Source: Patescibacteria group bacterium
GTDB lineage: Bacteria; Patescibacteriota; Microgenomatia; Levybacterales; UBA12049
Assembly (NCBI GenBank): GCA_038064195.1
Contig: JBBTTO010000002.1
Coordinates: 539,722-603,721, forward strand
Direction of reading: 5' to 3'
Length of the DNA: 64,000 bases
A model generated the notes under the pieces. That model was not told where the DNA came from, made no database searches, and saw only the letters and a program-made list of their open reading frames with translations. A program made the position numbers and the translations under genes. Positions 1 through 9,742 of the stretch are shown piece by piece (position 1 is the stretch's first letter; each line of letters starts with the position of its first letter).

Positions 1-1
1 T

Positions 2-1714
2 GAGTATCGTGGTTATGACTCATGGGGAATTGCTGTTCAACATAATAAGAAAATAAGTGTTGGCAAAAGAGTAGGCAAGATTAGCGACTTAACAAATGCA
101 GAGGAGCTTGATCTTCCAACTGGTACTATCGCAGTGGGTCATACGCGCTGGGCAACACATGGTGGTGTGACACAGGTCAATGCCCATCCCCATTTTTCGC
201 AGGACAAGTCCTTTGTTCTTGCCCAAAACGGTATTGTCCAAAACTTTGAAGAGTTGAAAGCGTTACTTGTGAAGAAAAAGTATCCTTTCAAGACCGAAAC
301 AGATACTGAAGTTATTGTTCGCCTGATTGAGGAAAAACTATTGTCTGAGAACAATCTTAAAGACGCAGTGAGAAGTGCTTTTTTGGAGCTTGAGGGTCGA
401 AATACAATTATTCTGTTGTCTGACAATAAAAATGAAATTATTGCAGCCAGAAACGGGTCACCACTTGTTATTGGGCTCAACACAAAAACGGGTGAGGTCT
501 TCTTCTCATCAGATACGCTCTCCTTTGCTCCCAGTGCAGATAAGATGATTGTTATTGAGAATGGTCAACTGGTGCACTTTTTAGACGGGGAGATTACCGT
601 TTTTGCTATTAAAACAGGTAAAAAGATTATTTTTGAGATTGAGGACATCAAGATTACGGACAATAAAGTTGATAAGGAAGGCTTTGCTCATTTTATGTTG
701 AAAGAAATCAATGAGCAGCCACTGGTTATTACCCAAGTCGCTAAGCAGGATAAAATAGCCTATCTTGAGTTTGCCAAAGCAATTAAACAGGCAAAAAATG
801 TCTATACCATAGGCTCTGGAACTACGGGTATAGCCGCCGCCCAAATTGCTTATTACTTGCGCAAATTCGGTAACATTAATGTTATAAGCCTTGTAGGTGC
901 AGATGCTCAAGAGTATATTCCTTTCTTTTCGTCTCAGGATCTTCTCATCGCTCCCTCCCAAAGCGGAGAGACTGCAGATGTTTTGGAAGTTTTAGAGGTA
1001 GCTAAACAAAAAGGAATAAAGATAGCGTCATACGTGAATATGGCAGGGTCAACAATGACACGTATGTCAGATTATCAGTTTATGGCTCAAGCTGGACCGG
1101 AAATTTGTGTGATGTCTACTAAAGTCTTCGTGTCCCAAATTAGCTGGGGGTACTTAGTAGCAAAAGCAGTTGCGGGAAAATATGGTGAAGGAAAGCATAA
1201 TTTAGAAGCATTAGCGAAGTCAACTGAAAGCTACCTTAGAGATAAAAAAACACATACGACGCTTAAAAAATTAGCTACAACACTCAAAGATGTTGACGAT
1301 ATTTTCCTCTTAGGGAAGGGACAGAATTTTCAGATTATGAGAGAGGGGATGGTAAAGCTTATTGAGGGAACATACAAGCACGCACACGCTATCCCAGCAG
1401 GCGATCTGAAACACTACGCTATCACTCTTATTGAAAAGAATGTTCCAGTCATCGTTGGTTCCTCACTGGACGAGTCTTTTCAAGACACCATGAACGCAGC
1501 CAGTGAGGTAAAAGCAAGAGGAGCTTATGTCATTGGGCTAAGTAGTAAAGCACATCAAAGTTTTGACTCATTTATTCAGATTCCCGAGACTGGTGAGACG
1601 AGTGCTATTATGCAGGTTGTTCCTTTGCAACTGTTGTCTTACTATCTGACAGTTCTCCTTGGTAATAACGTTGATAAACCAAGGAATATTGCTAAAAGTG
1701 TAACGGTTAAATAA
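2..1714 (+). CDS. glmS: Glutamine--fructose-6-phosphate aminotransferase, 5'-truncated at the window edge (frame open from nt 2)
   Basis: The open frame from nt 2 reads EYRGYDSWGIAVQ...HTRWATHG (class-II glutamine amidotransferase). Two SIS domains follow, and the protein ends in the characteristic ...DKPRNIAKSVTVK tail. Confidence 0.85.
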   Translation, partial: EYRGYDSWGIAVQHNKKISVGKRVGKISDLTNAEELDLPTGTIAVGHTRWATHGGVTQVNAHPHFSQDKSFVLAQNGIVQNFEELKALLVKKKYPFKTETDTEVIVRLIEEKLLSENNLKDAVRSAFLELEGRNTIILLSDNKNEIIAARNGSPLVIGLNTKTGEVFFSSDTLSFAPSADKMIVIENGQLVHFLDGEITVFAIKTGKKIIFEIEDIKITDNKVDKEGFAHFMLKEINEQPLVITQVAKQDKIAYLEFAKAIKQAKNVYTIGSGTTGIAAAQIAYYLRKFGNINVISLVGADAQEYIPFFSSQDLLIAPSQSGETADVLEVLEVAKQKGIKIASYVNMAGSTMTRMSDYQFMAQAGPEICVMSTKVFVSQISWGYLVAKAVAGKYGEGKHNLEALAKSTESYLRDKKTHTTLKKLATTLKDVDDIFLLGKGQNFQIMREGMVKLIEGTYKHAHAIPAGDLKHYAITLIEKNVPVIVGSSLDESFQDTMNAASEVKARGAYVIGLSSKAHQSFDSFIQIPETGETSAIMQVVPLQLLSYYLTVLLGNNVDKPRNIAKSVTVK

Positions 1715-1740
1715 TTCCCTGTTTTTTCATTCTTATTTGA

Positions 1741-1770
1741 TTGCATCTCCTGCTCACTGCGGAGTATAAT
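1741..1770 (+). promoter_or_regulatory. Candidate sigma70-type promoter (TTGCAT - 18 nt - TATAAT) upstream of mraY
   Basis: Hexamers read directly from the sequence: TTGCAT at 1741-1746 and TATAAT at 1765-1770. Confidence 0.35.
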
Positions 1771-1778
1771 AAACATCT

Positions 1779-2792
1779 ATGGCAGCAATGCTTGGTCTGA
1801 CAATTTTATCTTTCTTTATAAGTATCATTTTATTTATTCCCTTTATCGATTTTCTTTATCGTGCCAGACTTCGCCGGCAACACCAGGAGACGCGTGACAT
1901 GTTCAATCAGCGCACGCCATTTTTTGACAAATTCAACAAATGGAAAGTCGGTACACCGGTAGGCGGGGGAATACTCATTATCATCGTCACTACCATTTTG
2001 ACTCTCTGGTCATATGGCATCCTCTCAATTCCTACCAAGGGGTGGGAACTCTTTGTTGTGTTCTTCGGATTTATCAGTTTTGGGCTTCTCGGACTCTACG
2101 ACGACTGGAAGAAATTAGCTGATCCTAAAAAGACTGCCAGTTTTTTCGGTCTCCGTTTTCGTCATAAATTCATTATTCAATGGGTGTTGGCACTCATTAT
2201 TGCTTCGGTATTTTATTATAAATTAGGTTATTCGTTTCTCTTTATTCACGGCCTGGGTCTCGTTGGAATCGGTATTTTCTTTATCCCCTTTGCCGCTTTT
2301 GTTATTGTTTCATTTGTGAATGCGGTCAATATTACCGATGGGCTTGACGGCCTGACTTCAGGGCTTCTGGTTATCTGTTTGGTAGGTTTTTTGGCAATTA
2401 ACTCTCAGCAAATTGATAAATCACTGGGAGTATTTATTTCGGTTTTGCTGGGTTCGGTTATGGCCTTTCTCTACTTTAATATCTATAAAGCCCGAATTTG
2501 GGTTGGGGATGTCGGAGCGCTTTCTTTGGGAGCGGCTCTGGCTATCATCGGACTTCTGACTGGTAAGACATTAACATTAGCTGTTATCGGTGGGGTATTT
2601 ATTATTGAGATAGCCTCCTCGCTTCTGCAGATTCTCAGTAAAAAAATTATGAAAAAGAAATTATTGCCTGCTGCCCCTTTCCATCTCTATCTTCAATTAC
2701 GCGGCTGGGATGAACCCAAGATTGTCATGCGGGCGTGGCTGGTCGGGATGCTTTTTGCTGTTCTCGGTGTTTATTTAGCCTTTGTTACCTGA
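1779..2792 (+). CDS. mraY: Phospho-N-acetylmuramoyl-pentapeptide transferase
   Basis: Polytopic membrane protein with the MraY signature NAVNITDGLDGL. Sits in the dcw cluster. Confidence 0.9.
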   Translation: MAAMLGLTILSFFISIILFIPFIDFLYRARLRRQHQETRDMFNQRTPFFDKFNKWKVGTPVGGGILIIIVTTILTLWSYGILSIPTKGWELFVVFFGFISFGLLGLYDDWKKLADPKKTASFFGLRFRHKFIIQWVLALIIASVFYYKLGYSFLFIHGLGLVGIGIFFIPFAAFVIVSFVNAVNITDGLDGLTSGLLVICLVGFLAINSQQIDKSLGVFISVLLGSVMAFLYFNIYKARIWVGDVGALSLGAALAIIGLLTGKTLTLAVIGGVFIIEIASSLLQILSKKIMKKKLLPAAPFHLYLQLRGWDEPKIVMRAWLVGMLFAVLGVYLAFVT

Positions 2793-2849
2793 TTTTGCTC
2801 ATCCCTCGCAACAATTCCGCCTTTTAGATACAATATAGAAAGAGGTTCT

Positions 2850-3923
2850 ATGAAAAAACTGGATCTAATCCTTCTCTGCACTATTATCTTTTTGACCGTT
2901 TTCGGCTTATTCATGATTTATGACGCGTCATCGGTTATTGCCTTTCGGGATTTTGCTGATAAATATCATTACATTAAAGAACAATGTGTTAACGCGATTC
3001 TCGGGTTTGTGGCCTTAGGCTTTCTTACTTTTTTTGATTACAAACGTTTTTATAATTTAGCCTTGATTATTCTTATCGGGGCGATGGTGATGCTTATGGG
3101 TGTTTTTTTGCCGGGGATTGGCATCTACGCGCTCGGTGCCCATCGCTGGATTAACTTAGGCATTACCGTGTTTCAGCCCGCTGAATTCGTCAAACTCAGC
3201 CTGGCAATCTATCTGGCTGCCTGGTTTTCACGTAAAGAACGGGGGAGACTGCCGGCTTTTGTACTGCTTCTCGGTTTTGTTCTTTTGCTTATCCTTGCTC
3301 AGCCTGATATGGGAACGGCCTCGATTGTCCTTTTTGAAGCAATTGTCCTTTATTTTTTATCAGGGGCCAACATCATGCAATTTATCGTGATGTTGCCGGT
3401 TATCGGTCTTGGGGGATTGATTCTTATCTTACTTGCTCCTTATCGCTTAGCGCGTTTGACAACCTTTCTTCATTTAGGAGATGATTTAGGAGGTGCTTCC
3501 TATCATGTCAAGCAGATTTTGATCGCGCTTGGTTCGGGAGGTCTTTTTGGAGTGGGAGCCGGCAATTCATTACAGAAATTTGCTTATCTTCCCGAAAACG
3601 TTACCGACTCAATTTTTGCTATTATAGCTGAGGAGTTCGGTTTCTTAGGCTCAGTCGGGCTCATTGCCTTATTTATGATAGTTATGTGGAGAGGATTTGT
3701 TATTGCATCGCGGGCGCGTGATACTTTCGGCAGGCTTCTTGCTGCGGGTATTATTTGTTTTTTAGGAGTACAGGCGGTGGTAAATTTGGCAGCTATGACT
3801 GCGCTGATACCCTTAACCGGTGTTCCGTTACCGTTTATTTCGTATGGAGGCTCGGCTCTTCTTGTCGATTTAGCCGCGATCGGAATTTTACTGAATATAT
3901 CACGTCAGGGGCATAGCGTATGA
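2850..3923 (+). CDS. ftsW: SEDS-family peptidoglycan glycosyltransferase, FtsW by context
   Basis: SEDS motifs (PAEFVKL, PDMGTA, FAIIAEEFGFLG). Located between mraY and murG. Confidence 0.8.
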   Translation: MKKLDLILLCTIIFLTVFGLFMIYDASSVIAFRDFADKYHYIKEQCVNAILGFVALGFLTFFDYKRFYNLALIILIGAMVMLMGVFLPGIGIYALGAHRWINLGITVFQPAEFVKLSLAIYLAAWFSRKERGRLPAFVLLLGFVLLLILAQPDMGTASIVLFEAIVLYFLSGANIMQFIVMLPVIGLGGLILILLAPYRLARLTTFLHLGDDLGGASYHVKQILIALGSGGLFGVGAGNSLQKFAYLPENVTDSIFAIIAEEFGFLGSVGLIALFMIVMWRGFVIASRARDTFGRLLAAGIICFLGVQAVVNLAAMTALIPLTGVPLPFISYGGSALLVDLAAIGILLNISRQGHSV

Positions 3924-5041
3924 AAATAATGATAGTCGGCGGGCATGTATCACCTGCATTAGCGGTTATTGACTCTTTACCTGAGGCGTGGGAGGTTGTC
4001 TTTATCGGACGCAAGTATGCCTTTGAAGGCGATACGGCTCTTTCTCTTGAGTATCAGGAAATCCACAAAAGAAGTATTCCCTTTCTGCCTTTAACCACCG
4101 CTCGTGTCCAGCGTTCATTATCCAAACATACTTTGCCGTCTTTTGCTAAATTTCCCTATGGATTTTATCAGGCGGTTGCCTATTTGCGCAAAGAAAAACC
4201 TGATGTAGTCCTTTCCTTCGGCGGGTATCTCTCCGTTCCGGTGGGATACGCGGCCAAAATACTCTCAATTCCTCTTGTGATCCATGAACAGACATTGGAA
4301 GCGGGGCTCGCTAACAAGCTTTTAGGAAAAGTTGCGACCAGAATTTGTATTTCATGGCAGCCGTCTGAAAAATTTTTCCCCAAAAATAAAGTTATCCTGA
4401 CCGGCAATCCGGTCAAACGTTTTGCGACAAGTGAGTTGCCGTTTAGTTTTAAGGACAAGAAATTACCTCTTTTGTATATTACAGGCGGAAGTACGGGTTC
4501 GCATGCTATTAACAAGCTCGTCTCAGACACGCTAACTGATCTTCTCACCATTTTCAGAGTTATTCACCAGACAGGCGATGCATCGCCTCATCATGATTTT
4601 GATAAGCTTGCTAACAAACGGGGAAAATTTCCTGAGGAGATAGGGGACAGATACAAAATTGAAAAGTTTATTTCCCCTGCTGTGATTGGTTCGATTATGC
4701 GGGAAGCAACACTTGTCGTCAGCAGGTCCGGGATTAATACTATTTCTGAGCTTCTTTACTTCGGCAAACCCGCCCTCCTCATCCCGCTTCCCTCAGGGCA
4801 GCACAACGAGCAGCTTAAAAATGCACGCTTTCTTAAAGAGGTCGGTTTGGCAGAGATTCTACCTCAGGAAAACGCGACAGGTGAGAAGCTGGTTGCCGGT
4901 CTTCAAAAAATGCTGATCAGACGTCAGGCTTACGCGGCTCGAGCAGCGTACGCTCAACAACTGATTCACTCCGATGCGGCTGAAAATATTATCAAAACAA
5001 TCACCTATGTGGTCAGGAAAACGGGTTCTCAAGAAAAATAA
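3920..5041 (+). CDS. murG: UDP-GlcNAc:lipid I N-acetylglucosaminyltransferase
   Basis: N-terminal GGHVSPALAV and central GGSTGS motifs of MurG. 4-nt overlap with ftsW. Confidence 0.85.
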   Translation: MKIMIVGGHVSPALAVIDSLPEAWEVVFIGRKYAFEGDTALSLEYQEIHKRSIPFLPLTTARVQRSLSKHTLPSFAKFPYGFYQAVAYLRKEKPDVVLSFGGYLSVPVGYAAKILSIPLVIHEQTLEAGLANKLLGKVATRICISWQPSEKFFPKNKVILTGNPVKRFATSELPFSFKDKKLPLLYITGGSTGSHAINKLVSDTLTDLLTIFRVIHQTGDASPHHDFDKLANKRGKFPEEIGDRYKIEKFISPAVIGSIMREATLVVSRSGINTISELLYFGKPALLIPLPSGQHNEQLKNARFLKEVGLAEILPQENATGEKLVAGLQKMLIRRQAYAARAAYAQQLIHSDAAENIIKTITYVVRKTGSQEK

Positions 5042-5441
5042 AAAAAACCTTACCAAAAAACGCATTCTTTTTATAAGCGTTCTGTCAGGGCTTGCGGGTC
5101 TGATTTTGGTGGTGACCGGATTGATAGTTATGCGGCATGAGCCTGCTTTTATCAGCCCGCTCCCGTTTCTGAAATTCCGTACGGAGGCCAGTGATCAAAG
5201 TAAGGCCATAACAAAGATGCTTGAGGAAAAAGGAATCCATCCTCAACAAGTCGTCTCGGCAGGGGGATCAATTTATAAAATTGAATTATCAGACCAAAGC
5301 ACCGTCTACATTAACGGCGCTAAGGATCTCCCTGAGCAAATATCCTCTTTACAAAGAATCGCTTCACGGCTTACAATGGAAGGAAAGAAATTTTTAAGGC
5401 TTGATTTGCGTTACGCCAAGCCTGTTATTGTATTGAAATGA
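4974..5441 (+). CDS. ftsQ: Short FtsQ/DivIB-like cell-division protein (single TM). The start is probably at an internal Met near 5007.
   Basis: Lysine-rich N-terminus followed by one TM and a small periplasmic domain. Positioned between murG and ftsA as in canonical dcw clusters. Assigned mainly by context. Confidence 0.4.
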   Translation: MRLKILSKQSPMWSGKRVLKKNKKNLTKKRILFISVLSGLAGLILVVTGLIVMRHEPAFISPLPFLKFRTEASDQSKAITKMLEEKGIHPQQVVSAGGSIYKIELSDQSTVYINGAKDLPEQISSLQRIASRLTMEGKKFLRLDLRYAKPVIVLK

Positions 5442-6739
5442 AGAATACTATAAATGAGGGTAAAATTGTTGTCGGTATCGACGTCGGAAGTTATAAAATA
5501 GTCACCCTTATTGCTAAAGTTGATGAATTCGTTAACATCCTCGGAGTCTCTGAAGTCAAATCAGCCGGTATTAAAAAAGGGCAAATTGTTGACATCGAAG
5601 AATCAGTCAACGCGATCAATGCCTCACTTGAAGCGGCAGAGCGTATGGCAGGCTATACCGTCTCACATGTTTTTGCCTCAATTGGAGGAAGTCAGATTGA
5701 AAGCCAGAACTCACGAGGTGTTGTCGCGGTATCGACTCCTCAGGGCGAGATTTCGTCCCAGGATCTGAGCCGGGTGATTGACGCGGCTAAAGCAATCTCT
5801 TTGCCTTCAACGAGAGAAATTATTCATGTTCTTCCCCGCAATTACACGGTTGACGGACAGGAAGGGATTAAAGATCCGATCAGCATGTCGGGTGTCCGTC
5901 TTGAGGTCGACACTCACATCATTACAGCCAATAGTATCGCTGTCCGCAACCTGGACCGTGCCTTCTCAGAAGTCGGAGTTGATGTTAATTCATTTGTTTT
6001 TAACGGGTATGCCAGTTCACTTGCGGTCCTCTCAGATACCGAGCGGGAGCTGGGAGTAGTCCTTGTTGACATCGGGGCGGGGACGACCGATATTTCAATC
6101 TATACTGAAGGGTCGGTTGCTTATTCTTCAGTTTTGGCAATCGGTGCCCGTCATATCACCAATGATCTGGCAATTGGTCTTCGAATTTCTTTGGAAAGTG
6201 CCGAAAAGATCAAACTCTTCCTTTCCCAACAAGCCCTCAAGAGGGTCCTTCGTCCCGATGATGAGGAAAAAGCTAGGGAGGCTAAAATTTCAGACGAGAT
6301 AGACCTCTCATCCCTTAACTTACCTGAGGAAGTCCGCAAGGTTTCATACAAAACACTTGTTGATGGGATTATCCGTCCGCGAATGAATGAAATTTTTACC
6401 ATGGTCGGAATTGAAATCAAAAAAAGTGGCTATGGTGGCCAGACACCGGCGGGACTTGTCATAACAGGAGGAGGAGCGATGACTGTGGGTATGAAAGACG
6501 CGGCCAAGAGGATGCTTGCCATGCCTGTGCGTACCGGTATGCCGACAGATTTGAAAGGAATAGTCGATGAAGTACAAAATCCTGCCTACGCGAGTGCGGT
6601 GGGGCTGCTTCTTTATGGAGCCAAAAACGATACCGGTAAATCTTCATCCGGCTTTGGAATGTCTTTCCCTAAAATGCCGGGCAGCTCGGGTAAGACGATG
6701 AGAAAGATTATCGATCTGATCAAATCATTCATCCCCTGA
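5438..6739 (+). CDS. ftsA: Cell-division protein FtsA (actin-like ATPase)
   Basis: N-terminal IVVGIDVGSYKI and DIGAGTTD actin-fold motifs. Immediately upstream of ftsZ. Confidence 0.9.
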   Translation: MKNTINEGKIVVGIDVGSYKIVTLIAKVDEFVNILGVSEVKSAGIKKGQIVDIEESVNAINASLEAAERMAGYTVSHVFASIGGSQIESQNSRGVVAVSTPQGEISSQDLSRVIDAAKAISLPSTREIIHVLPRNYTVDGQEGIKDPISMSGVRLEVDTHIITANSIAVRNLDRAFSEVGVDVNSFVFNGYASSLAVLSDTERELGVVLVDIGAGTTDISIYTEGSVAYSSVLAIGARHITNDLAIGLRISLESAEKIKLFLSQQALKRVLRPDDEEKAREAKISDEIDLSSLNLPEEVRKVSYKTLVDGIIRPRMNEIFTMVGIEIKKSGYGGQTPAGLVITGGGAMTVGMKDAAKRMLAMPVRTGMPTDLKGIVDEVQNPAYASAVGLLLYGAKNDTGKSSSGFGMSFPKMPGSSGKTMRKIIDLIKSFIP

Positions 6740-6766
6740 CGCCGTGTTGCTTGCAAATACTATAAT
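6737..6766 (+). promoter_or_regulatory. Candidate promoter (TGACGC - 18 nt - TATAAT) upstream of ftsZ
   Basis: TATAAT at 6761-6766, which is 24 nt before the ftsZ ATG. Confidence 0.3.
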
Positions 6767-6789
6767 CTTCTGCTAGGATTTACCCACGT

Positions 6790-7968
6790 ATGCTTATACG
6801 TCCTCAGACGTCAAATTTCGCCAAAATCCGTGTCATTGGAGTTGGTGGTGGAGGCGGAAATGCCGTCACTTCGATGATCACCCATAACAACATTCAAGGT
6901 GTTGATTTTGTCTCAATCAATACTGACGCCCAGGCTCTCCTTCGTAACCCCGCCATGACCAAGGTCCAAATCGGTGAAAACCTCACCAAAGGTTTGGGTT
7001 CAGGTGGAGATCCTGAGATAGGTCGTCAGGCTGCTGAGGAGTCGGCTGAGAAGATCAAAGATATGCTGGAGGGATCAGACATGGTCTTTTTGACAGCCGG
7101 GATGGGCGGAGGATCAGGTACAGGGGCCACATCTATTATTGCCAAAATTGCCAAAGAGGTAGGAGCTCTGACTGTCGCAGTTGTTACCAAGCCGTTCTCT
7201 TTTGAAGGCACTCGACGCATGGTCGCGGCTGAGGAGGGAATTGAAAGTCTTAAAGATAAAGTAGATACACTCATTGTTATCCCCAACCAGCGCATCATGG
7301 ATGTCGTTGACCGCAAGCTCTCACTTCTTGAGGCCTTCAAAGTTGCGGATTCTGTTCTCTCCCAGGGAGTCCAGGGTATCTCTGAAATCATTACGCTTCC
7401 CGGGTTAATCAATGTTGATTTTGCCGATATTCGGACCATTATGTCTAACGCCGGCTCGGCGCTCATGGGTATTGGGACGGGGATAGGCGAGAACAGGGCG
7501 CAAGCTGCCGCCAGAGCGGCCATTGCTTCACCTCTTTTGGAGGTAACGATGGATGGTGCTCGGGGAGTACTGTTCAATATAGTTGGCGGTAACGACCTGA
7601 CAATGACTGAGGTCGATGAAGCAGCCAAGATCATCTCAACCTCAGCCGACCCCGATGCCAACATTATTTTCGGCGCGACCATCGATGAATCGATGCATGA
7701 TCAGATCCGTATTACTGTAGTCGCAACTGGTTTTGATCAGACCAAGCAACGCCTGCAGCAGTTCGTCGCACCCCATTATGCGCCGCAAAAGCCTGTCAGT
7801 GAATACAACCCGCTTGTTGTGAACAGCGGCACGATGAGTAGTAACGGATCGGGTATTACCCGGGAGGAAGAGAGAATAGAGCCTGAGCCTCAGTCATCTG
7901 AGCCAGCACCCAAAGAATCAGATGAAGATAAATGGGACATCCCTGCATTCCTCAGGCAGAGAAATTGA
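6790..7968 (+). CDS. ftsZ: Cell-division GTPase FtsZ
   Basis: [10 protein letters not shown] tubulin signature and the conserved C-terminal tail ...[10 protein letters not shown]-stop. Confidence 0.95.
   Translation: MLIRPQTSNFAKIRVIGVGGGGGNAVTSMITHNNIQGVDFVSINTDAQALLRNPAMTKVQIGENLTKGLGSGGDPEIGRQAAEESAEKIKDMLEGSDMVFLTAGMGGGSGTGATSIIAKIAKEVGALTVAVVTKPFSFEGTRRMVAAEEGIESLKDKVDTLIVIPNQRIMDVVDRKLSLLEAFKVADSVLSQGVQGISEIITLPGLINVDFADIRTIMSNAGSALMGIGTGIGENRAQAAARAAIASPLLEVTMDGARGVLFNIVGGNDLTMTEVDEAAKIISTSADPDANIIFGATIDESMHDQIRITVVATGFDQTKQRLQQFVAPHYAPQKPVSEYNPLVVNSGTMSSNGSGITREEERIEPEPQSSEPAPKESDEDKWDIPAFLRQRN
7939..7966 (+). repeat. Copy A of the 28-nt core ATCCCTGCATTCCTCAGGCAGAGAAATT. This is the genuine ftsZ 3' end, encoding IPAFLRQRN.
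   Basis: Identical 28-mer recurs at 9715-9742. Diverged copies at 38118, 40030 and 41987. Confidence 0.9.
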
Positions 7969-8068
7969 CTTTCAGTTTTCATATTGCCTCCCTATTAACC
8001 CGCGGCTAAACGATTAGCAAGAGCATAAAACATATCGAATCATCTCATCCTTTTGATATACTGCAGTA

Positions 8069-8725
8069 GTGAATGAATATTTTAATACAGAAGTTGTAAC
8101 CTCCACCTTACGAAAGATGGTAGATGTTCTTGAAGAAAACAATATCGAATATCGTTTTTTAGGTTCTGTTGTTATTGCTGCTATTAATGGTCGTTTACAT
8201 CGAAATTTGGGGGATTTAGACTTCGTGATTGATTCTGAGGGGCGGGAGGTATTATATAAACACCTAAAACATTTCGGATTTAAACCCGCTCCTGGAATGT
8301 TTGCATTTGCTCGTAAATACCTGTGCTTAGAGCAGTTTACTCATGATGACTTTCTTGGGGTAGGGTACTTTTATGGGAAGTTTCAGCAAGATGGCTCATT
8401 CATTATGGGTAATAAGCAGTCGAATGTAAGAGTAGATGCTTTTGCACTAGAAAAGACGAAGTATACTCTTGGTGGGGTAAGTTTTATGGGTATTCCTCAA
8501 AGAGCAGCTGCTGCAGGTGTAAAAGAATCTGAATCAAACCCAAAGAGAAAATTTGAGAAGAAGATTCTAAAAGAGAAGGGCATAGAACCTTTCAAGAACA
8601 ATTACATTCACGTAACTATCTATGGAATAAATGCAGATTGGGTATACCATTTGTCTATGGCAATTCTTAATGTTATAGGAGCAGTAAGAGTAAAATTTGG
8701 TTTGGCATTTGACCCCTGGAGATAG
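8069..8725 (+). CDS. Pol-beta-fold nucleotidyltransferase, Lnu/ANT-like (lincosamide/aminoglycoside nucleotidyltransferase-like)
   Basis: GS-x14-DLDF with HRNLGDLDFVID, which resembles the LnuA-type ...GGWGVDVLTGKQQREHRDIDIDF core. The size (218 aa) fits that family. Confidence 0.45.
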   Translation: MNEYFNTEVVTSTLRKMVDVLEENNIEYRFLGSVVIAAINGRLHRNLGDLDFVIDSEGREVLYKHLKHFGFKPAPGMFAFARKYLCLEQFTHDDFLGVGYFYGKFQQDGSFIMGNKQSNVRVDAFALEKTKYTLGGVSFMGIPQRAAAAGVKESESNPKRKFEKKILKEKGIEPFKNNYIHVTIYGINADWVYHLSMAILNVIGAVRVKFGLAFDPWR

Positions 8726-8783
8726 ATGTAAATAACCTCACCTATGTCGCATTTTCCACTATTGTGCGACGTAATAATAAAAT

Positions 8784-8812
8784 TTGACAAATCAAGAATT
8801 TTAACGTATGCT
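8784..8812 (+). promoter_or_regulatory. Candidate promoter (TTGACA - 17 nt - TATGCT), preceded by the shared motif ATTGTGCGACGT at 8761-8772
   Basis: Hexamers read directly. The same 12-mer occurs at 38380-38391, upstream of another island promoter. Confidence 0.35.
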
Positions 8813-8839
8813 TACCTGAACATAAAGAAGAAAGCTTAG

Positions 8840-9589
8840 ATGAAAGATTACCCATTTAAAACACAAGAGGAAGCAATTAAATATATACAAAAACTATTCA
8901 GACGAATAGGCACTACTCCAGGAGAGAAAGTTTTTTACAAAGAAAGTGGCATGAAATTATACCCACTTCAAAAACTTGGCTTCTCCAATTATGGTCAATT
9001 AGTAAGGGAAGCAGAATTGCCTCCTAATAAGTTTGATAAAACTAAATATACCGAGGATTTTTTAATTAAAGAATTTATAAAAATGATTAGAAAGAATAAA
9101 AAATGGCCTACAAAAGCTGAATTGGATATTAAACACTTTAATGATCCAAATTTTCCTACCTCAGCAACATTCTATAAAAAATTTGGCTTAGTTAAGGGTA
9201 TGGCTGAAAATATCTTAGATTATACCTATGGGAAAAAAGGTTATAAAGACGTGAGAGACATATGCAATGAGATACTCATGAAATATGATAATTCAATGTC
9301 AAATGAAGAAGGAGATTCAAGAAGTGGTTATGTTTATATCCTTAAAAACGGAGGTCGACAAGAATATAAAATCGGGATTAGCGATAGTATACCCAAAAGA
9401 GGAATGCAATTGTCAACATTATCTCCTGAAAATTTAGAATTAATACATTCCATAAAGGCAACTAGTCCTAAAGCTGTTGAAAGATTTCTTCATGACAAAT
9501 TTAATAGCAAAAGAATACAAGGAGAATGGTTTAATCTATCAACGTCCGACATAAAATGGATTAAGAAATGGAACGGAAATGTTCTATAG
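8840..9589 (+). CDS. T5orf172 (GIY-YIG-superfamily) domain protein with two N-terminal homing-endonuclease-associated-type repeats
   Basis: C-terminal GYVYILKNGGRQEYKIGIS...R...L...W motif of the T5orf172/MUG113-like GIY-YIG family. Duplicated ...P..(F/Y)...F..YG repeat units in the N-terminal half. Confidence 0.5.
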   Translation: MKDYPFKTQEEAIKYIQKLFRRIGTTPGEKVFYKESGMKLYPLQKLGFSNYGQLVREAELPPNKFDKTKYTEDFLIKEFIKMIRKNKKWPTKAELDIKHFNDPNFPTSATFYKKFGLVKGMAENILDYTYGKKGYKDVRDICNEILMKYDNSMSNEEGDSRSGYVYILKNGGRQEYKIGISDSIPKRGMQLSTLSPENLELIHSIKATSPKAVERFLHDKFNSKRIQGEWFNLSTSDIKWIKKWNGNVL

Positions 9590-9714
9590 TCCCATACATA
9601 ATTGATCATTGACCTTTCAACTAAAACATCGTAATTTTCCTTAGGTTTTTTTAGTCCATTCGGCAGGCTCAGGATAAATAAGAATTGAAGCTAAAATGAC
9701 TGGATGTCTATAAA

Positions 9715-9742
9715 ATCCCTGCATTCCTCAGGCAGAGAAATT
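9715..9742 (+). repeat. Copy B of the 28-nt ftsZ-tail core (exact repeat of 7939-7966)
   Basis: 28/28 identity with copy A. The upstream context in-frame encodes [14 protein letters not shown]-stop. Confidence 0.9.

Larger units (their letters stand above)
7969..9714 (+). mobile_element. 1.75-kb inserted island bounded by 28-nt direct repeats of the ftsZ 3' end. No recombinase gene inside.
   Basis: Perfect 28-nt direct repeats at both ends. The distal copy is preceded by a diverged, out-of-context FtsZ-tail coding remnant ([14 protein letters not shown]-stop versus host [13 protein letters not shown]-stop). Confidence 0.55.

Noticed and set aside
7026-7682. 218-aa antisense ORF inside ftsZ, plus other long antisense ORFs (for example 36432-36932 inside parB, 27920-29465 inside copA)
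   Set aside because: They lie entirely within, and antisense to, strongly supported conserved genes. They are typical frame artefacts.
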